NCBI RefSeq assembly: GCF_006345805.1
Contig: NC_043018.1
Span: 124,001-188,000 of the forward strand
DNA: 64,000 nucleotides
Origin: Octopus sinensis
Lineage: Eukaryota
Direction: 5' to 3'
Position numbers and translations under genes: made by a program
Shown: in pieces, positions 14,001 to 28,060 of the stretch
How the letters are laid out: each line of letters opens with the position of its first letter
Numbering within the stretch: the stretch's first letter is position 1
The notes under the pieces: model-generated
Told to the model about the DNA's origin: nothing
The model's database searches: none
The model's input: the letters and a program-made list of their open reading frames with translations, nothing else

Positions 14001-14633
14001 GATAAATCTCCTAAGAAATTATTTTTAGAAAATTACAATACATTTTTATTTGTTTTGACCACACCACTATGGAGGAAGACATGCACATGAAAGTATAGCT
14101 AATGCTGATTCTGTCATGTTGGAATCGAACCTTAGGTGAGACACGTGATCCATAGGAAGGACAATAAGTTCTGCATAAACTGGGCTCAAAAGTGAGCTGA
14201 ATTATGGAAGAGATAGAAGAGTGCATACAGGACTGCGTTGCTGTTTTTATCAGAATGAAGATACGGCCTAAGCGCAAAAACATAGATGAGAACAAAAAGG
14301 GAATTCCAACAATTATGTAGATCTGTAAAAAAATACAGTAAATATTTCAGATTCAAAGTCTAGGAGACAGAAGAGGTATAAAACTTAACTTGGAAGGCAA
14401 AATTCGTCTGCTCAATCAAGAAACATGACAAATTCACATGATTACGTTTCCAGGAAGCTTCAACAACAACATTCCACAACATTATGTAATTTCCATTGCG
14501 AGGCTAAAATTAGCTTTCTGTAAAACATATACTCGTAGATTTAATTTTGAAGTTATCCGAGTATTGTGCAATGGTTTTAATACTTAAATAACAATAAGCT
14601 ACTTTTCTCTCAGTAGACAGAAATGACTTATAT

Positions 14634-14857
14634 CTCTTTTTACTCTTTTACTCTTTTACTTGTTTCAGTCATTTGACTGCGGCCATGCTGGAGCACCGCC
14701 TTTAGTCGAGCAAATCGACCCCGGGACTTATTCTTTGTAAGCCCAGTACTTATTCTATCGGTCTCTTTTGCCGAACCGCTAAGTGACGGGGACGTAAACA
14801 CACCAGCATCGGTTGTCAAGCAATGCTAGGGGGACAAACACAGACACACAAACACAC

Positions 14858-14934
<77 letters not shown>

Positions 14935-15100
14935 TACGACAGGCTTCTTTCAGTTTCCGTCTACCAAATCCACTCACAAGGCATTGGTCGGCCCGGGGCT
15001 ATAGCAGAAGACACTTGCCCAAGATGCCACGCAGTGGGACTGAACCCGGAACCATGTGGTTGGTTAGCAAGCTACTTACCACACAGCCACTCCTGCGCCT
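14634..15100 (-). mobile_element. SINE family A, full length (tRNA-like head, central domain, internal microsatellite, LINE-derived tail)
   Basis: Minus strand AGGCGCAGGAGTGGCTGTGTGGTAAG (A-box-like)...GGTTCAGTCCC (B-box-like)...CTTGGGCAAGTGTCTTCT...GGATTTGGTAGACGGAAACTGAAAGAAGCC, tail (TAAAAGAG)n. Confidence 0.9.
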
Positions 15101-16183
15101 GATGAAGCATTACTAAACTCTGAGGTGCTTTTTTCTATCCGGACACATAATTGGACTGGTTAATCAGCGTTTACTTTCATAGAGAAACACCACAGTGGAT
15201 GTTTATTAGAAAATGCAGGTTATATTTTCTACTACAAATACATAAATTCTATAGTTCTTTGCCAGTAGTTGTGACACAAAACCGTCATAAAAATGGTAAA
15301 TAAACGGATACATTGTAATTCACATATAATTGCCTATTTGCTAAAACTAATTAATTACAGCAAAACTATATGTCCATGATGATTAATTTTGGTTAGACTA
15401 GTTTCCAAGATAATTGTCTTTAAAATATTTTTGCTAACTACTGGTGATTTTATTTGTCTAAAGTTGATATGATAATGTTAGCATACTTAAAGAATTTTTG
15501 ACATCAATATCTATTCCGTTAAATTTAAGCACGAGTAAATATTGTCCTCGTAGGAAGCCATATGAAAAATTGATATTTATTTTTATGTTCACTTGTCATC
15601 ATTAAGTTATATTGAAGTCTTTAGTAAATAATATTAGTAATTGCCTTTCTAATATTTCCGGAATTGAAGTAATTTTATACGTTTTTTTACTCTTTTACAA
15701 CAATGCCTTAACGTTGTTTCCATAAAATGATACACTACATATCAATTTGTAATCTACACATAGCCTTACAAGTTTTTTTGATTGCTTTCTTACCTTACTT
15801 AAATATTCGTGCACCGGGGTAACATTATGACGCTTTTTCATATGATTGTTTAACAGTTGGTCAGTTACAATACGATCTTTAACACGTTGTACTAACAATA
15901 GCAATAAATTTATTTTCGATCTCGACAAGAAGACATTATTAAGGGCATTACAGTGCGATTTAGTTCACATAAGTTCATGCCTATTTGATGGCAACTTCTT
16001 CAACAACATAATAGGGTATTCTCTTGAATAAAGTTTTCTAATCGCACTGATCCTTCTTATGTTACAGAATGCACATTTAAGAATAGTTACAAACATCATC
16101 CTTATTCGTTCAAATACAGAAAAAATGGAAATCTGTCTATTGATCTCAACAACTCAGAATATGGAAAGAAGTTATCACAAAAT

Positions 16184-16412
16184 TTAACTCTTTAGCATTC
16201 AGATTACTCTATCAAGTTTAATGCTTATTTATTCACATTGTGTTGAATTAATCGTGCATTATCTTGTAGCCAAAAGATTTATAGGATATTGTAGTTTATG
16301 TTTAGAATGACATTGTAGGCTCGGTGGAAGAGGGTTGTACTGGTCAATTTGAACGTAAAACAAGTAGAATATTTGAACAAGATATGTCCAGTTTATATGC
16401 TAAATGTTTGAA
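16184..16412. mobile_element. Decayed MITE, possibly piggyBac-type
   Basis: Left end TTAACTCTTTAGCATT and right end ATGCTAAATGTTTG are degenerate terminal inverted repeats; TTAA at the left end; no ORF. Confidence 0.4.
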
Positions 16413-16653
16413 ATATTCTGCTTCAGTGATCAATAATGTTAACACACACAGGAAGATCTAAACTGTACACTTTTTGTGAGTCAGATTTTGGGGTGGTGTT
16501 CGAAACTAATATGTTAAATATTATGTAAATCCTGTACGGGCCATTCACGTCAAAATAGTTTCAGTAAATGGAGTTCAAGTTATGGAATCTTATTTTATTC
16601 CTAAGCCAAACTTATGTAAAACGTATATGTAAACTTTCGATGAGATTTTTCAA

Positions 16654-16768
16654 ATATCATGACAAATTGTTTCGTAACTTAAAAACATGTAAGCAATTTA
16701 TTTATAATTTGATATAATAATATAAATTATTTACATGATTTTAAGTTACGAAACAATTTGTCGTGATA
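16654..16768. repeat. Inverted repeat, ~48-bp arms, ~20-bp AT-rich spacer
   Basis: TCATGACAAATTGTTTCGTAACTTAAAAACATGTAAGCAATTTAT vs ATAAATTATTTACATGATTTTAAGTTACGAAACAATTTGTCGTGA. Confidence 0.9.
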
Positions 16769-16980
16769 ATGGAATCTTCTTAATGTTAAATAAAATTTCA
16801 TTAAACTTCTCTCTCATTTATAACTTTATATACTCGTTTTCACTTGTATCGTACTCTGCATGCCATGTTTTATAGTATGATACATTAAGGAGCTATTTAT
16901 GAGTATTACCAGATTACTTGAATCCATGTATTGTGACTTAAATACACACACACACTTCACAAACACACATGCATACATTC

Positions 16981-17060
<80 letters not shown>

Positions 17061-17075
17061 ATACATAATATATAC

Positions 17076-17107
<32 letters not shown>

Positions 17108-17123
17108 ATACATATATATATAC

Positions 17124-17155
<32 letters not shown>

Positions 17156-17311
17156 ACAATATATATACAATATATATACATACATATATATATATATATA
17201 TTATATATATATATATACATATTATATATATATATATATAATATTATATATATATATACATGTATATATATATATACATATATATACATATATACATATA
17301 TATATATATAA

Positions 17312-18075
17312 TTCATAAATTTATTTCTTTTGCCACGTGTATCACTGTCGAAGGGAGGGCTGTTATAAGCTAACCCAGAAATCGGTCCGGTATGGTAATA
17401 ATGGAATTTTTTAGAAATTTCTGTCGACCTTTATTCGAGTAGCATGCGAATTGTGAAAAAAGTAATGGTTAATGGACAATATGTCCAATTTTTTTTGCAT
17501 TAAGGTACTTTTAACATGCTGGCCATTGATAAGATTTTATGTTGGAAAATAATTTTTTTCAAAAAAAATTTTATCCTACATTAAGATATAAATTTAAGCG
17601 TTCACTTCCGGACTCTTTCACTCTGTGAGAGAATCAGTTCAAATCGCACGTGTCTCGAATGGGCTGGAGTATTTCTATTTTGGATGTATTTGGGGTGCTC
17701 ATGACTTAGTGTTTGCTTCTTCCATGAGTATGAGTAAGTATCTCATTTATTTCTTTTGCCACATGTATCACTGACGAAGGGAGGGCTGTTATAAGCTAAC
17801 CCTGAAATCGGTCCGATATGGTAATAATGGAATTTTTTAGAAATTTCTGTCAACCTTTTTTCGAGTAGCGTGTGAATTGTGAAAACATTAATGGTTAATG
17901 GACAATATGTCCAATTTTTCGGCATATTTGGCATTAGAATTATTTTCGTTTGCCCTTATTTATAAATTGTTTATAAATTTAACCTTTAAAGGTATTTTTT
18001 AATATGCTGGCCATTGATAAGATGTTTTTTGGAAAAGAATTATTTTCGAAAAATATTTTATCCTACATTAAGATA
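17312..18075 (+). mobile_element. Partial tandem (~1.6 units, period 426 bp) non-coding element with two hammerhead motifs, flanked by (TA)n
   Basis: 17320-17590 is repeated with divergence at 17746-18075; each copy begins with a hammerhead motif. Confidence 0.75.
17766..17823 (+). ncRNA. Minimal type-I hammerhead ribozyme, intact core
   Basis: Stem I TATCA/TGGTA; core CTGACGA; stem II AGGG/CCCT; GAAA; palindromic stem III ATCGG-T-CCGAT; cleavage triplet AUA (17816-17818). Confidence 0.75.
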
Positions 18076-18776
18076 TATATATATAATATATATATATATT
18101 ATATATATATATATACATATTACATAGTATATATATGGTTGACCATTTAAGAATTTTAAAAAATTTCGAGAGAAGGTGAAATAATTGATTTTTGAAATTT
18201 GGAATAATGGTTATCGAAGCACATAACACACGGTTATAAGGGATAGAACGTAACAATTGAAATGAAATATTTTTTTGCATAGAAAAATCAAAAGCTGCCT
18301 GTGCGACTCGAACTCACATCTCCTATGCCCATGACTTTACATCTTGCAGTACTACAATGTAATTTGCTGACATATGTCTCCATAACATTCCAGTCTTACG
18401 CTAATCTGTTCATGCCTTGGGATCTTCACTGCCTTCAACATCAACACCTTTTTTTCTTCTGAGTCTGTTGGAAGAATCATTATATTTTGAAGTGTTTGAT
18501 TTCGAGAAAGTTTATATTTACCTTCCATCATGTCATTGTGTCATTGGATGGAAATAAAAACATGTGACGCGGAATGTACAAACATTGCTAGCTTTCAAGA
18601 TTATACGTGTGTGTGTCTGTGTGTGTGTATATGTGTGCTTACATATATATATATATATATATATATTTGTGTCTGTATATATATGTATACATCTGTATTT
18701 ATCTATCTATATATATATTATATATATATAATATATATATATTTGTCTGTCTCTTTATCTCTCCCTATATGTATGC

Positions 18777-18811
<35 letters not shown>

Positions 18812-19177
18812 AGAGAGAGAGAGAGAAAGAGAAGAGAGAGAGAGAGAGAGATCTTCGTTTGTGTGTGCATGTAAGAAGATAGAATATTTTCTCTCGCTCA
18901 CTCTCTCCTTCTGTATGTACGAGCGTGTGTGTGTATATACACGTATATACATATATATATATATGTATTTATGTATGCACATAGATATATAGCTTAGTTG
19001 CACACAGGCATACATACATACATACATGTAGGTGTATATACTCTCAAGCAAACATATATAACGTACCTATAGGTGTATCGATGTTTGTATGTATATATAG
19101 GTATAGATTCATACATGACAAACGGTACCACGCACACGCACATGCATACACTCACACACACGCGCGCACATACATTT

Positions 19178-20477
19178 ATATTGTTGTATTTAGGAATGGT
19201 CTTACATCCACATATATATTTACGAATACAATAAATCTCGTTCACGCATGCAGAAACTGATATTCATATATATATATATATAATATATATATATATACGC
19301 ATACATATACTAACTAACGCTCACTCCCACACGCATACACGGGTATATATGCATATGTATACACACTAAATACAAACACATAGATATATATATGTATATG
19401 TGTGTATGTCTGAATTGTGTTGTGCGCGTAATCGAACTGTCGAAAATACGATTTGCATTGATGTGATAGCATTTCGAAGACGAAAAAAAAAAAGGAAATC
19501 TACTGCACAATGCAAGAAGCGAAGCTCAAGACAAGACAAAATGAAAATAAAATATAAAAGAAAAAATATTTTTAAAAATAATATGTAAATTTTGAATGTG
19601 GTTGGAGTTAGAAAATCCACATAGCAATAAAATCAAAAAGTAATACGAACGGAAATGTAAACAAAAAAAATTTACAAAATTGCGAGTAAGGGAGAATATG
19701 TCAAAGAAATTTACAGATGTGTCAAAATTTAGCAAACTAAATCGAAATGAAGTCTTCGAAATTTATAAAATAATGACAATGATAAATTATTAAACCTAAA
19801 AATAAAGTTATAACTATAGTTGATATGAATTATCTTCGATGTAAACTATGGAACAGTGGAATAAAGCAACAAAGAATAAAACAAATTAAAAGATAATGAA
19901 TACGAGATGAACACCGAGACGATTGTGTTTTCACACTAATTCTGAACATGTTTTAATTGGAGCAATATTAATAAGCTGTGCAAAGGTGAGTGTACAAGTC
20001 AGACAATATCAATAAGCGATAAAAAAACAAAACAAAAGATGCGTACATCTGTCTGTAGAGAAGAAGTTGGCGAAATCATAATGACATTTTGAGGGGAAGA
20101 AATTATAATGTAATAAAAATGGACGTAGTAATGTACAGAACGTCATTATTATCATAAAAGTCCTTGTTTAATTTTGAAATTCTGTAACATAATATATATG
20201 TGCGTATGTTTGTTTTGTGTGTATGCATGCGTGTATGTTTGTGTGTGTGTAAAATATACATACACAGAGAGAGATACAGATATGTATATATTCAGATAGA
20301 TACAGATATATATGTATATATATATATTCACATATACACACATATACATATACATATTCAGATACACACACATATACATATATATATATCTATGTGTTTG
20401 TATTTAGTGTGTATACATATGCATATATACGCGTGTATGCGTGTGGGAGTGAGAGTTAGTTAGTATATGTATGCGTG

Positions 20478-20532
<55 letters not shown>

Positions 20533-20616
20533 GAATATCAGTTTCTGCATGCGTGAACGAGATTTATTGTATTCGTAAATATATATGTGGATGTAAAACC
20601 ATTCCTAAATACAACA

Positions 20617-20620
<4 letters not shown>
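19178..20620. repeat. Inverted duplication, arms 19178-19415 and 20356-20620, ~940-bp spacer
   Basis: For example TTACGAATACAATAAATCTCGTTCACGCATGCAGAAACTGATATTCAT is exactly reversed at 20532-20579. Confidence 0.9.
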
Positions 20621-20658
<38 letters not shown>

Positions 20659-21217
20659 TGTGTGCGTGTGTGTGTATGTGTGTGTGTTGTGTGTGTGTGC
20701 GTGTGTGTGTCTTTATATACTTATATATGTCTACATATATGGAACTGGTTGTGGTTAGTGTCCCACGTTACTTACTTTTTCATTTTGCGGATGTATTTAT
20801 CTTAAATTTAGGAATTAATTTTAATTCTTGCGTGTTTGTGTGTTTAATAAAGTATTGTGAAAGAGGAAGAGAGGTTCCGACCGCAGGAGAAATGTTGTTT
20901 AATTGCCATAATTTCTGTCTAGACGGATAGTACACTAAAGTGCTGCTGAGATAAATTAATTTGTATATACTCTCAATCCGCCCGCTTGTTGAACGATGAC
21001 AATCGTCGCATTTGCGGGTTTATTGCATAAGTTTTACTATGTATGAAATTATGAGGAAGTGACGAAATTCTAAATTAATTCATAAAATTCCATAACTTTC
21101 TATGTAATACGAAATAAATGTCGTTCGCTCAGCGAAACACACACGTAAACAAATACATAGACACAAACACGCACACGCACATACACACAAATACACTCAC
21201 ACATACACACATGTATG

Positions 21218-21300
<83 letters not shown>

Positions 21301-21323
21301 GTACACACATAGATACATACATA

Positions 21324-21397
<74 letters not shown>

Positions 21398-21426
21398 TAT
21401 ACATATATATATATATGTACACACAT

Positions 21427-21466
<40 letters not shown>

Positions 21467-21472
<6 letters not shown>

Positions 21473-22382
21473 TAATAAATAAAATATATGCATACATACA
21501 AACATATATGTACTTACCTACATCTACACGTATATATACATGCATATATAAATAGATATACACGTGAGTACAGGACACCACAACTAGGCGTAGAACTCAA
21601 CGAGAAACGAAAACGGAAAAAACATTTTTTTACAACAGAAAAAACAAGTACAGGACATACTACACAAGGAAAAATCCCCTATCCTCAGCTGTCACTAGTT
21701 CGGCTCCAGTGTGTTTCGAAGGCAAGAAAGGACACGACTCGCTAAACTAATCCTTCCAGCGAGAGAATTAAAATAAGATTGCCTCGCAGAGGGGTAAAGA
21801 CAAGCAAGAAAAATAAAAAAATGTATCACAAACAGGACGTAAAAACGATACAAATAAAACTACAAAATAAAATACAAGATAAAAATACATGTACAAGAAA
21901 AGACAATACGAGAAATAAAAATAAAAATAAACAAGAAAACAAACAAGAAAACAAACGAAAAGGCCTTTTTTCTGGCTGAGACGAAGGAGATTCTAGCAGC
22001 GCATGAGAACACAAATGTGTCTTTATAGTTTGAAAGCCGCGTGTAAAAGGAAGTAGTTTTGGCTAGCAGTGGCAAAGATGAGGTGGAGTGAGAGAGAGAG
22101 AGACAGAGGAAGACAAGCAGCTGAGAGAGAGATGAAGAAGAATGAGAGAGAGAGAGAGAGAGGGAAGGTAAAGCAAAGAGAGAAAGAATTTCGCGTCATA
22201 ATTATATATAAAACAGTACTTGGAGAATAAGAAACGGAACGAATCGAATCGAACCCGACACGAAGGCGCTGTCAAACAATAGTGTAATAAATAAAATATA
22301 TGCATACATACAAACATATATGTACGTACCTACATCTACATGTATATATACATGCATATATAAATATATATACACGTGAGTA
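21467..22382. repeat. 104-bp direct repeats (21467-21570, 22279-22382) around a ~700-bp segment
   Basis: ATAGTGTAATAAATAAAATATATGCATAC...CACGTGAGTA occurs twice with few mismatches. Confidence 0.9.
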
Positions 22383-22658
22383 TATACATATATACATACA
22401 TACACACATATATATATACATACATATATACATACATACATACATACATACATACACACACACATATATTCAAGCTACAAGACCCCTTTGAATGAACAGC
22501 ACATGCCATCTACGTTTCCACATTTTCTATTTGTAATGATAAATATCAACTCCTATCGGAATCTACAAACTATAAACAAGAAGCATTTCTACCAATTCTA
22601 CACACCACATTCCTTAGAAAATCGAAATTCAACTATAACTTCCTACTTATGATTTTGT

Positions 22659-23040
22659 GGAGGCGCAATGGCCCAGTGGTTAAGGCAGCGGACTCGCGGT
22701 CATAGGATCGCGGTTTCGATTCCCAGACCGGGCGTTGTGAGTGTTTATTGAGCGAAAACACCTAAAGCTCCACGAGGCTCCGGCAGGGGTTGGTGGTGAT
22801 CCTTGCTGTACTCTTTCACCACAACTTTCTCTCACCCTTACTTCCTGTTTCTGTTGTGCCTGTATTTCAAGGGGCTGGCCTTGTCACTCTCTGTGTCACG
22901 CTGAATATCCCCGAGAACTACGTTAAGGGTACACGTGTCTGTGGAGTGCTCAGCCACTTACACGTTAATTTCACGAGCAGGCTGTTCCGTTGATTCGGAT
23001 CAACCGGAACCCTCGTCGTCGTAACCGACGGAGTGCTTCC
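22659..23040 (+). mobile_element. SINE family C, full length, tRNA-derived head
   Basis: GGCGCAATGGCCCAGTGGTTAAGGCAGCGGACTCGCGGTC...GGTTTCGATTCCC head; TTATGATTTT on both flanks (probable TSD); ~95% like 50075-50456. Confidence 0.9.
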
Positions 23041-23473
23041 ACTTTATGATTTTAACTGTGGAATAAAATATATTCTTTTCTCCAAAACATTCACTATATT
23101 TCTGAAACACATTGTAGTTATGATTGCGTTTAACCGGCGGTTAGTGAAAATATGTGTCATACGCAGACGTTTGTTTGTAGATAATTATGTTCTTAGCTAT
23201 TACGATTCCATCAGAATATTCTGTGCGTTACACAGTACTAATAAATCTATTTAAAGACTAGAAGTTGTTTCGCCGCCGTTTTCGTCTGTAGATGAAGTGA
23301 ACGAATCTTAGCTCTGGGATCCTGTGGCACTCCATCGGTTACGACAATGGGTTCTAGATGACCCAATTAACGGAACAGCAGCCTCGTGAAATTAACGTGC
23401 AAACGATGGCACTGGCGTCAGTGGTGATGGTGGTGACACAGGTGGTGCTAGTGGCGGTGGTATTGGCATTATA

Positions 23474-23889
23474 AGGCGGCGAGCTGGCAGAAACGTTAGC
23501 ACGCCGGGTGAAATGCTTAGCGGTATTTCGTCTGCCGTTGCGTTCTGAGTTCAAATTCCGCCGAGTTCGACTTTGCCTTTCATTCTTTCGGGGTCGATTA
23601 AATAAGTACCAGTTACGCACTGGGGTCGATATAATCGACTTAATCCGTTTGTCTGTCCTTGTTTGTTCCCTCTGTGTTTAGCCCCTTGTGGATAATAAAG
23701 AAATAGGTATTTCGTCTGCCGTTGCGTTCTGAGTTCAAATTCCGCCGAGTTCGACTTTGCCTTTCATCCTTTCGGGGTCGATTAAATAAGTACCAGTTAC
23801 GCACTGGGGTCGATATAGTCGACTTAATCCGTTTGTCTGTCCTTGTTTGTCCTCTCTGTGTTTAGCCCCTTGTGGGTAGTAAAGAAATA
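23474..23889 (+). mobile_element. SINE family B (Deu/Nin-like domain), head plus two 184-bp units
   Basis: GGCGAGCTGGCAGAAACGTTAG head; GACTTTGCCTTTCATCCTTTCGGGGTCGAT domain; 15-bp TSD GGTATTGGCATTATA at 23459 and 23890. Confidence 0.9.
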
Positions 23890-24469
23890 GGTATTGGCAT
23901 TATAGTTGCTGTTTATACCCAAGGTTACAAACGTTCAAGGATAACTATGAGGGAGAAAAAAGCATTCCATTTTCGACCACCCTGTATTTGCTTCAATGTG
24001 CAAAGAGCATAAGATCGCATTACCTGATGCGTACTTTCTTGAGTCAATACGTAATCATGTCAGGGATAAATCTGGCTGCAATTTCTAGCAGATTGAGGGA
24101 TGAGGTAGAGACTGCAGAGTTGAAAACAACAAGAATGGATTATGCTGCTGGTAGTGAAGGAATTATTAATGAAGTTAGTGATACGATATTGGCAGGGACG
24201 TTGGTAGAGGTAGCGGCTGCAGTGATGTTGGTGATGATAGGGGTGGTAGTGGTGGCAGTAGTAGTTACAGCAGCAGCAGCCACCATCCAAGAATTTGGAC
24301 CTGGAGATCTCCATTTCCAGCGAATTCGAGGGCCACCTCCCAGTGGTGTAGGGCGTCAACGAAGAGCCCTCGAAAACAACAAGACGACCAAAGTTTTTTT
24401 TTCTTCAAGATCTGGGGTCTCACCTAATCACCCTTACCCGTCTTGTTGCTTAACAACAACAAAGAACAA

Positions 24470-24474
24470 CAGCA

Positions 24475-24548
<74 letters not shown>

Positions 24549-24587
24549 ACAGCAGCAGCGGTGGGGGTGGGGTGGTGATGGTGGTGC

Positions 24588-24661
<74 letters not shown>

Positions 24662-24890
24662 ATGTTGATTGTGACGGAAGTGGAGCTAAATGCGATGAAG
24701 AAGAGGAGACGGATTAGTGGTGGCAATTTTGAGGACGAAGATATTGACGCTGCTGATTTGATGTTGACAATGGTTGTGGTGATGATGACGACGACGATGA
24801 TGATGATGATGATAATGATGATGACGATTATGGTATTGGTGGTGGTGGTGTTGGTGTTACTGCTGCTGCTGCTGCTGCTGCTACAGGCCC
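24470..24890. repeat. Compound trinucleotide microsatellite (GCA/GTA/GAT/GGT/GCT)
   Basis: Direct reading. Confidence 0.9.
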
Positions 24891-25040
24891 AGGCTATCAA
24901 AGCAGATAGGATGGTATTACGTCAAAGATTCAGCGAAATTACGATATATTTCCACAAATAGAATTCAATAACGAATATACATTATAAAACATACTACATA
25001 CATATATATATATACATGTATATATATAATATATATATAT

Positions 25041-25087
<47 letters not shown>

Positions 25088-25153
25088 ATATATAGTATAT
25101 ATATATATATGTATATATATATATAATATATATATATAGATATATATAATATA

Positions 25154-25189
<36 letters not shown>

Positions 25190-26008
25190 TGTATGTATCT
25201 ATATGTATATAGGCAAATGAATATATCCATCATCTTTTATTTTTCAAAATTCTAATTCACAAATCATGAAATTCGTGCGGTTTTATTATTATTTAATAAA
25301 GATTTTTTATTATTCTTTATTATTATTATGATTCGTATTTATTCATTTTTCTATATTTGAAGTTTTTTTTCTATATTTGGTTATAATTAATTTGATTCGT
25401 TTCCAATCTGAACGAAAGGCAAAATAACAGGAAACGCACACACAGCCTCATTTGCTCACACATGAAACTTCACACAGGCACACACGTAAGGGTAGATACC
25501 TAATATATATATACACACACCAATATTATATATATATATATATATATGTAATATATATATATATATATATAATATATCTATATAAAATATATATATATAT
25601 ATATTGTGGGTGTGGTATATATGTATATATATGTATATATATATATTATATATATATTATAATATATATATATGTATATATGTATATGTATATATATTAT
25701 ATACACTTGTAAAAAATATCATCCTAGTATTAATAGCATTAAGCAAAGAGGAAAATAAATAGAAGATTTCAATGACATCAAATTTGCTAAAATGGTCTTT
25801 AGAACGAAAATTAATTAGAAGATAACAAAATTGTTAAATGAACAATCTCTCTACCTGTCAAATCGAATGATATTTCAATTTGTATGCAATAATTTCATGT
25901 ATTATATAATGTAAATGACATCCATATAAATTGAAATTTTAAAATAATCTAGAAAAGGCATATGTATTTTGTATGTTTTTTATTAACACATATATATATG
26001 TATATAAC

Positions 26009-26060
<52 letters not shown>

Positions 26061-26211
26061 GTACTCATATATATATAATATGTATATACATACGCCTATA
26101 TATACATATATATATTTACATACATAATTCTATATATATATATATATATCATTTTATGTATGTATGTGTATGTACACCCATAAATGTGGTATATATATAT
26201 ATATGTGTATA

Positions 26212-26286
<75 letters not shown>

Positions 26287-26592
26287 TACATCGTATACAT
26301 GTACCTATGTAAAAACCTATATATATATATATAGATATAGATATATATATATATAATATATATAGCTGGTGTTGTTCCCATTACTGATGCTGATGCATTA
26401 TTTTTTATATTCTCATCATCATCGCCATCAATATTTATTATTCGTTTTGTCGTTATGAATGTCGGAATATTAAACTTAATATAATTAAATGTGTGTACGT
26501 GTATGCGTGTATCTACGAAATTATATATATATGAAGAGAGAGAGACAGATGGAAGAGAGCTCGTGTCTGTGCGTACATTTGTATGTATATAT

Positions 26593-26636
<44 letters not shown>

Positions 26637-26839
26637 TATATATATATATTATTAAATATTTATATATACATATATATTCATGTATATATTCTTTATATAC
26701 GATATGTGCCCAGTGGCATGTGCGTATATATGTACCACCTTGTTTTGTTGTTCTTCACTTCACATCTTTTTGACAGGCGCATTTCCCAAGGTTTACTCAG
26801 CTATGATTATATTTGTATACCTGAACCCATGTCTGCGTT

Positions 26840-26876
<37 letters not shown>

Positions 26877-27796
26877 CATATATGTACATACAATAAATAT
26901 ATATATATACATGCATACATACACATATGTGTGTCTGCGTATATGCCTGCATGTAATCATATTTGTATGTCTACGTGTATGTCTGTTAGTATCTTTGCTT
27001 TTCACTTCATTGTATGCATGTATTTGTGCAGACCTTGTATGTTTATATTTGTGAATTCAGCCATTACTGTATGAAGCTGATTTAAAACTCCGATATTGCA
27101 GCACATTGCTGATTTGAATAAACTAATGATGAGAGACCAGAATATATCTGTCAATCATATCATTCCCCGATGGCTGCTGTCGGTTTATTTTAGTCATGTT
27201 CCTAGCTTTCTGCCTAGCTTTATATTTGCTGGTAACAAAACGCACTCAAACCTGAGAAGTTCAGAATATTTTCGATAAATGCATTGGCTTTGCTTTTATT
27301 GTTGCTAAGTTTTGATGCTGTTGCCATTTACTGAACGTGCAAACCAACAAATTCCATCCCATTCTGGCAATTTTTTTCAAAACCAAAGCCTTAATCTCGG
27401 TTAAATAATCCAATTTGTCCTAAGCTTTCTAAACGCGTGTGCTTCGAGGGATATTCGGCTGTGTTTGTGTAATCCAATGGGTTAAACAAGGAAGTACAGC
27501 CTCCATCATTAGATCGTGAACTTTTCACATATTATTTATGTCCTGGTGCCGTCTTTGTTACTTTGAGAGGGAGGAAAAGAGAGTGTGTGTGTATCCACAT
27601 AAATACGTGTAGGTGTACTGTCTTTTATATGTATAGGTGCCCAATGGTAAGTGTGTGTGTATGTATCGCCTTGTTTCGCTGTTTATCACTTCATATTTTT
27701 ATTTTGACATGCGTATTTCCGAATGTTTGTTTATGTATGCTTATATGTATATTTATATACATTTATATGCTTATATATGTATATTTGTACTCAAGT

Positions 27797-27833
<37 letters not shown>

Positions 27834-27899
27834 AAGTGTGTGAGACAGAGAGAGAGAGAGTGACAGACAGACAGACAGAGGACCGTTGAAATCTACAGG

Positions 27900-28060
27900 T
27901 TTTTTTCATTCTCTCTCTGCTTATTTTCTCTTATTCCTTTCTGTTCAAAAGCCTAGGCTCGAAATGTAAAAGACTTTTTCATTTTCCCGAGCGTCAAACT
28001 AAAACACTTGCTTCTTGTTCATACCATCTGTCTTCGTCTTTTGTTTTGCTATAAATTTCC
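27900..28060 (+). mobile_element. Penelope-pLTR-like fragment with a degenerate hammerhead (27937-27972)
   Basis: CTTT-CTGTTCA-AAAGC CTAG GCTC-GAAAT-GTA-AAAG; same family as 36329-36364. Confidence 0.45.

Noticed and set aside
12730-14340. Possible exons (donor-like AAAA|GTAAGT near 12920; open frames at 13.8 and 14.1-14.3 kb) in a microsatellite-poor stretch
   Set aside because: No consistent reading-frame chain or recognisable protein; RNA-seq would be needed.
15695-15928. Minus ORF containing RLCVDYK, like Ty3/gypsy reverse transcriptase
   Set aside because: Only a 7-residue match; the downstream RT motifs are absent. It could be a very old relic but I cannot support it.
22659-22735. tRNA-like sequences here and at other SINE heads, and a B-box-like motif near 18300
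   Set aside because: They lack complete acceptor stems and continue into SINE bodies, so they are not tRNA genes.
23988-24961. 196-aa and 172-aa ORFs with poly-V/S/A/M runs; one minus frame reads LFVDALHHWEVALEF, reminiscent of mitoguardin
   Set aside because: The ORFs follow trinucleotide repeats; the short match has no supporting flanking similarity and only a poor (GAG) splice acceptor.
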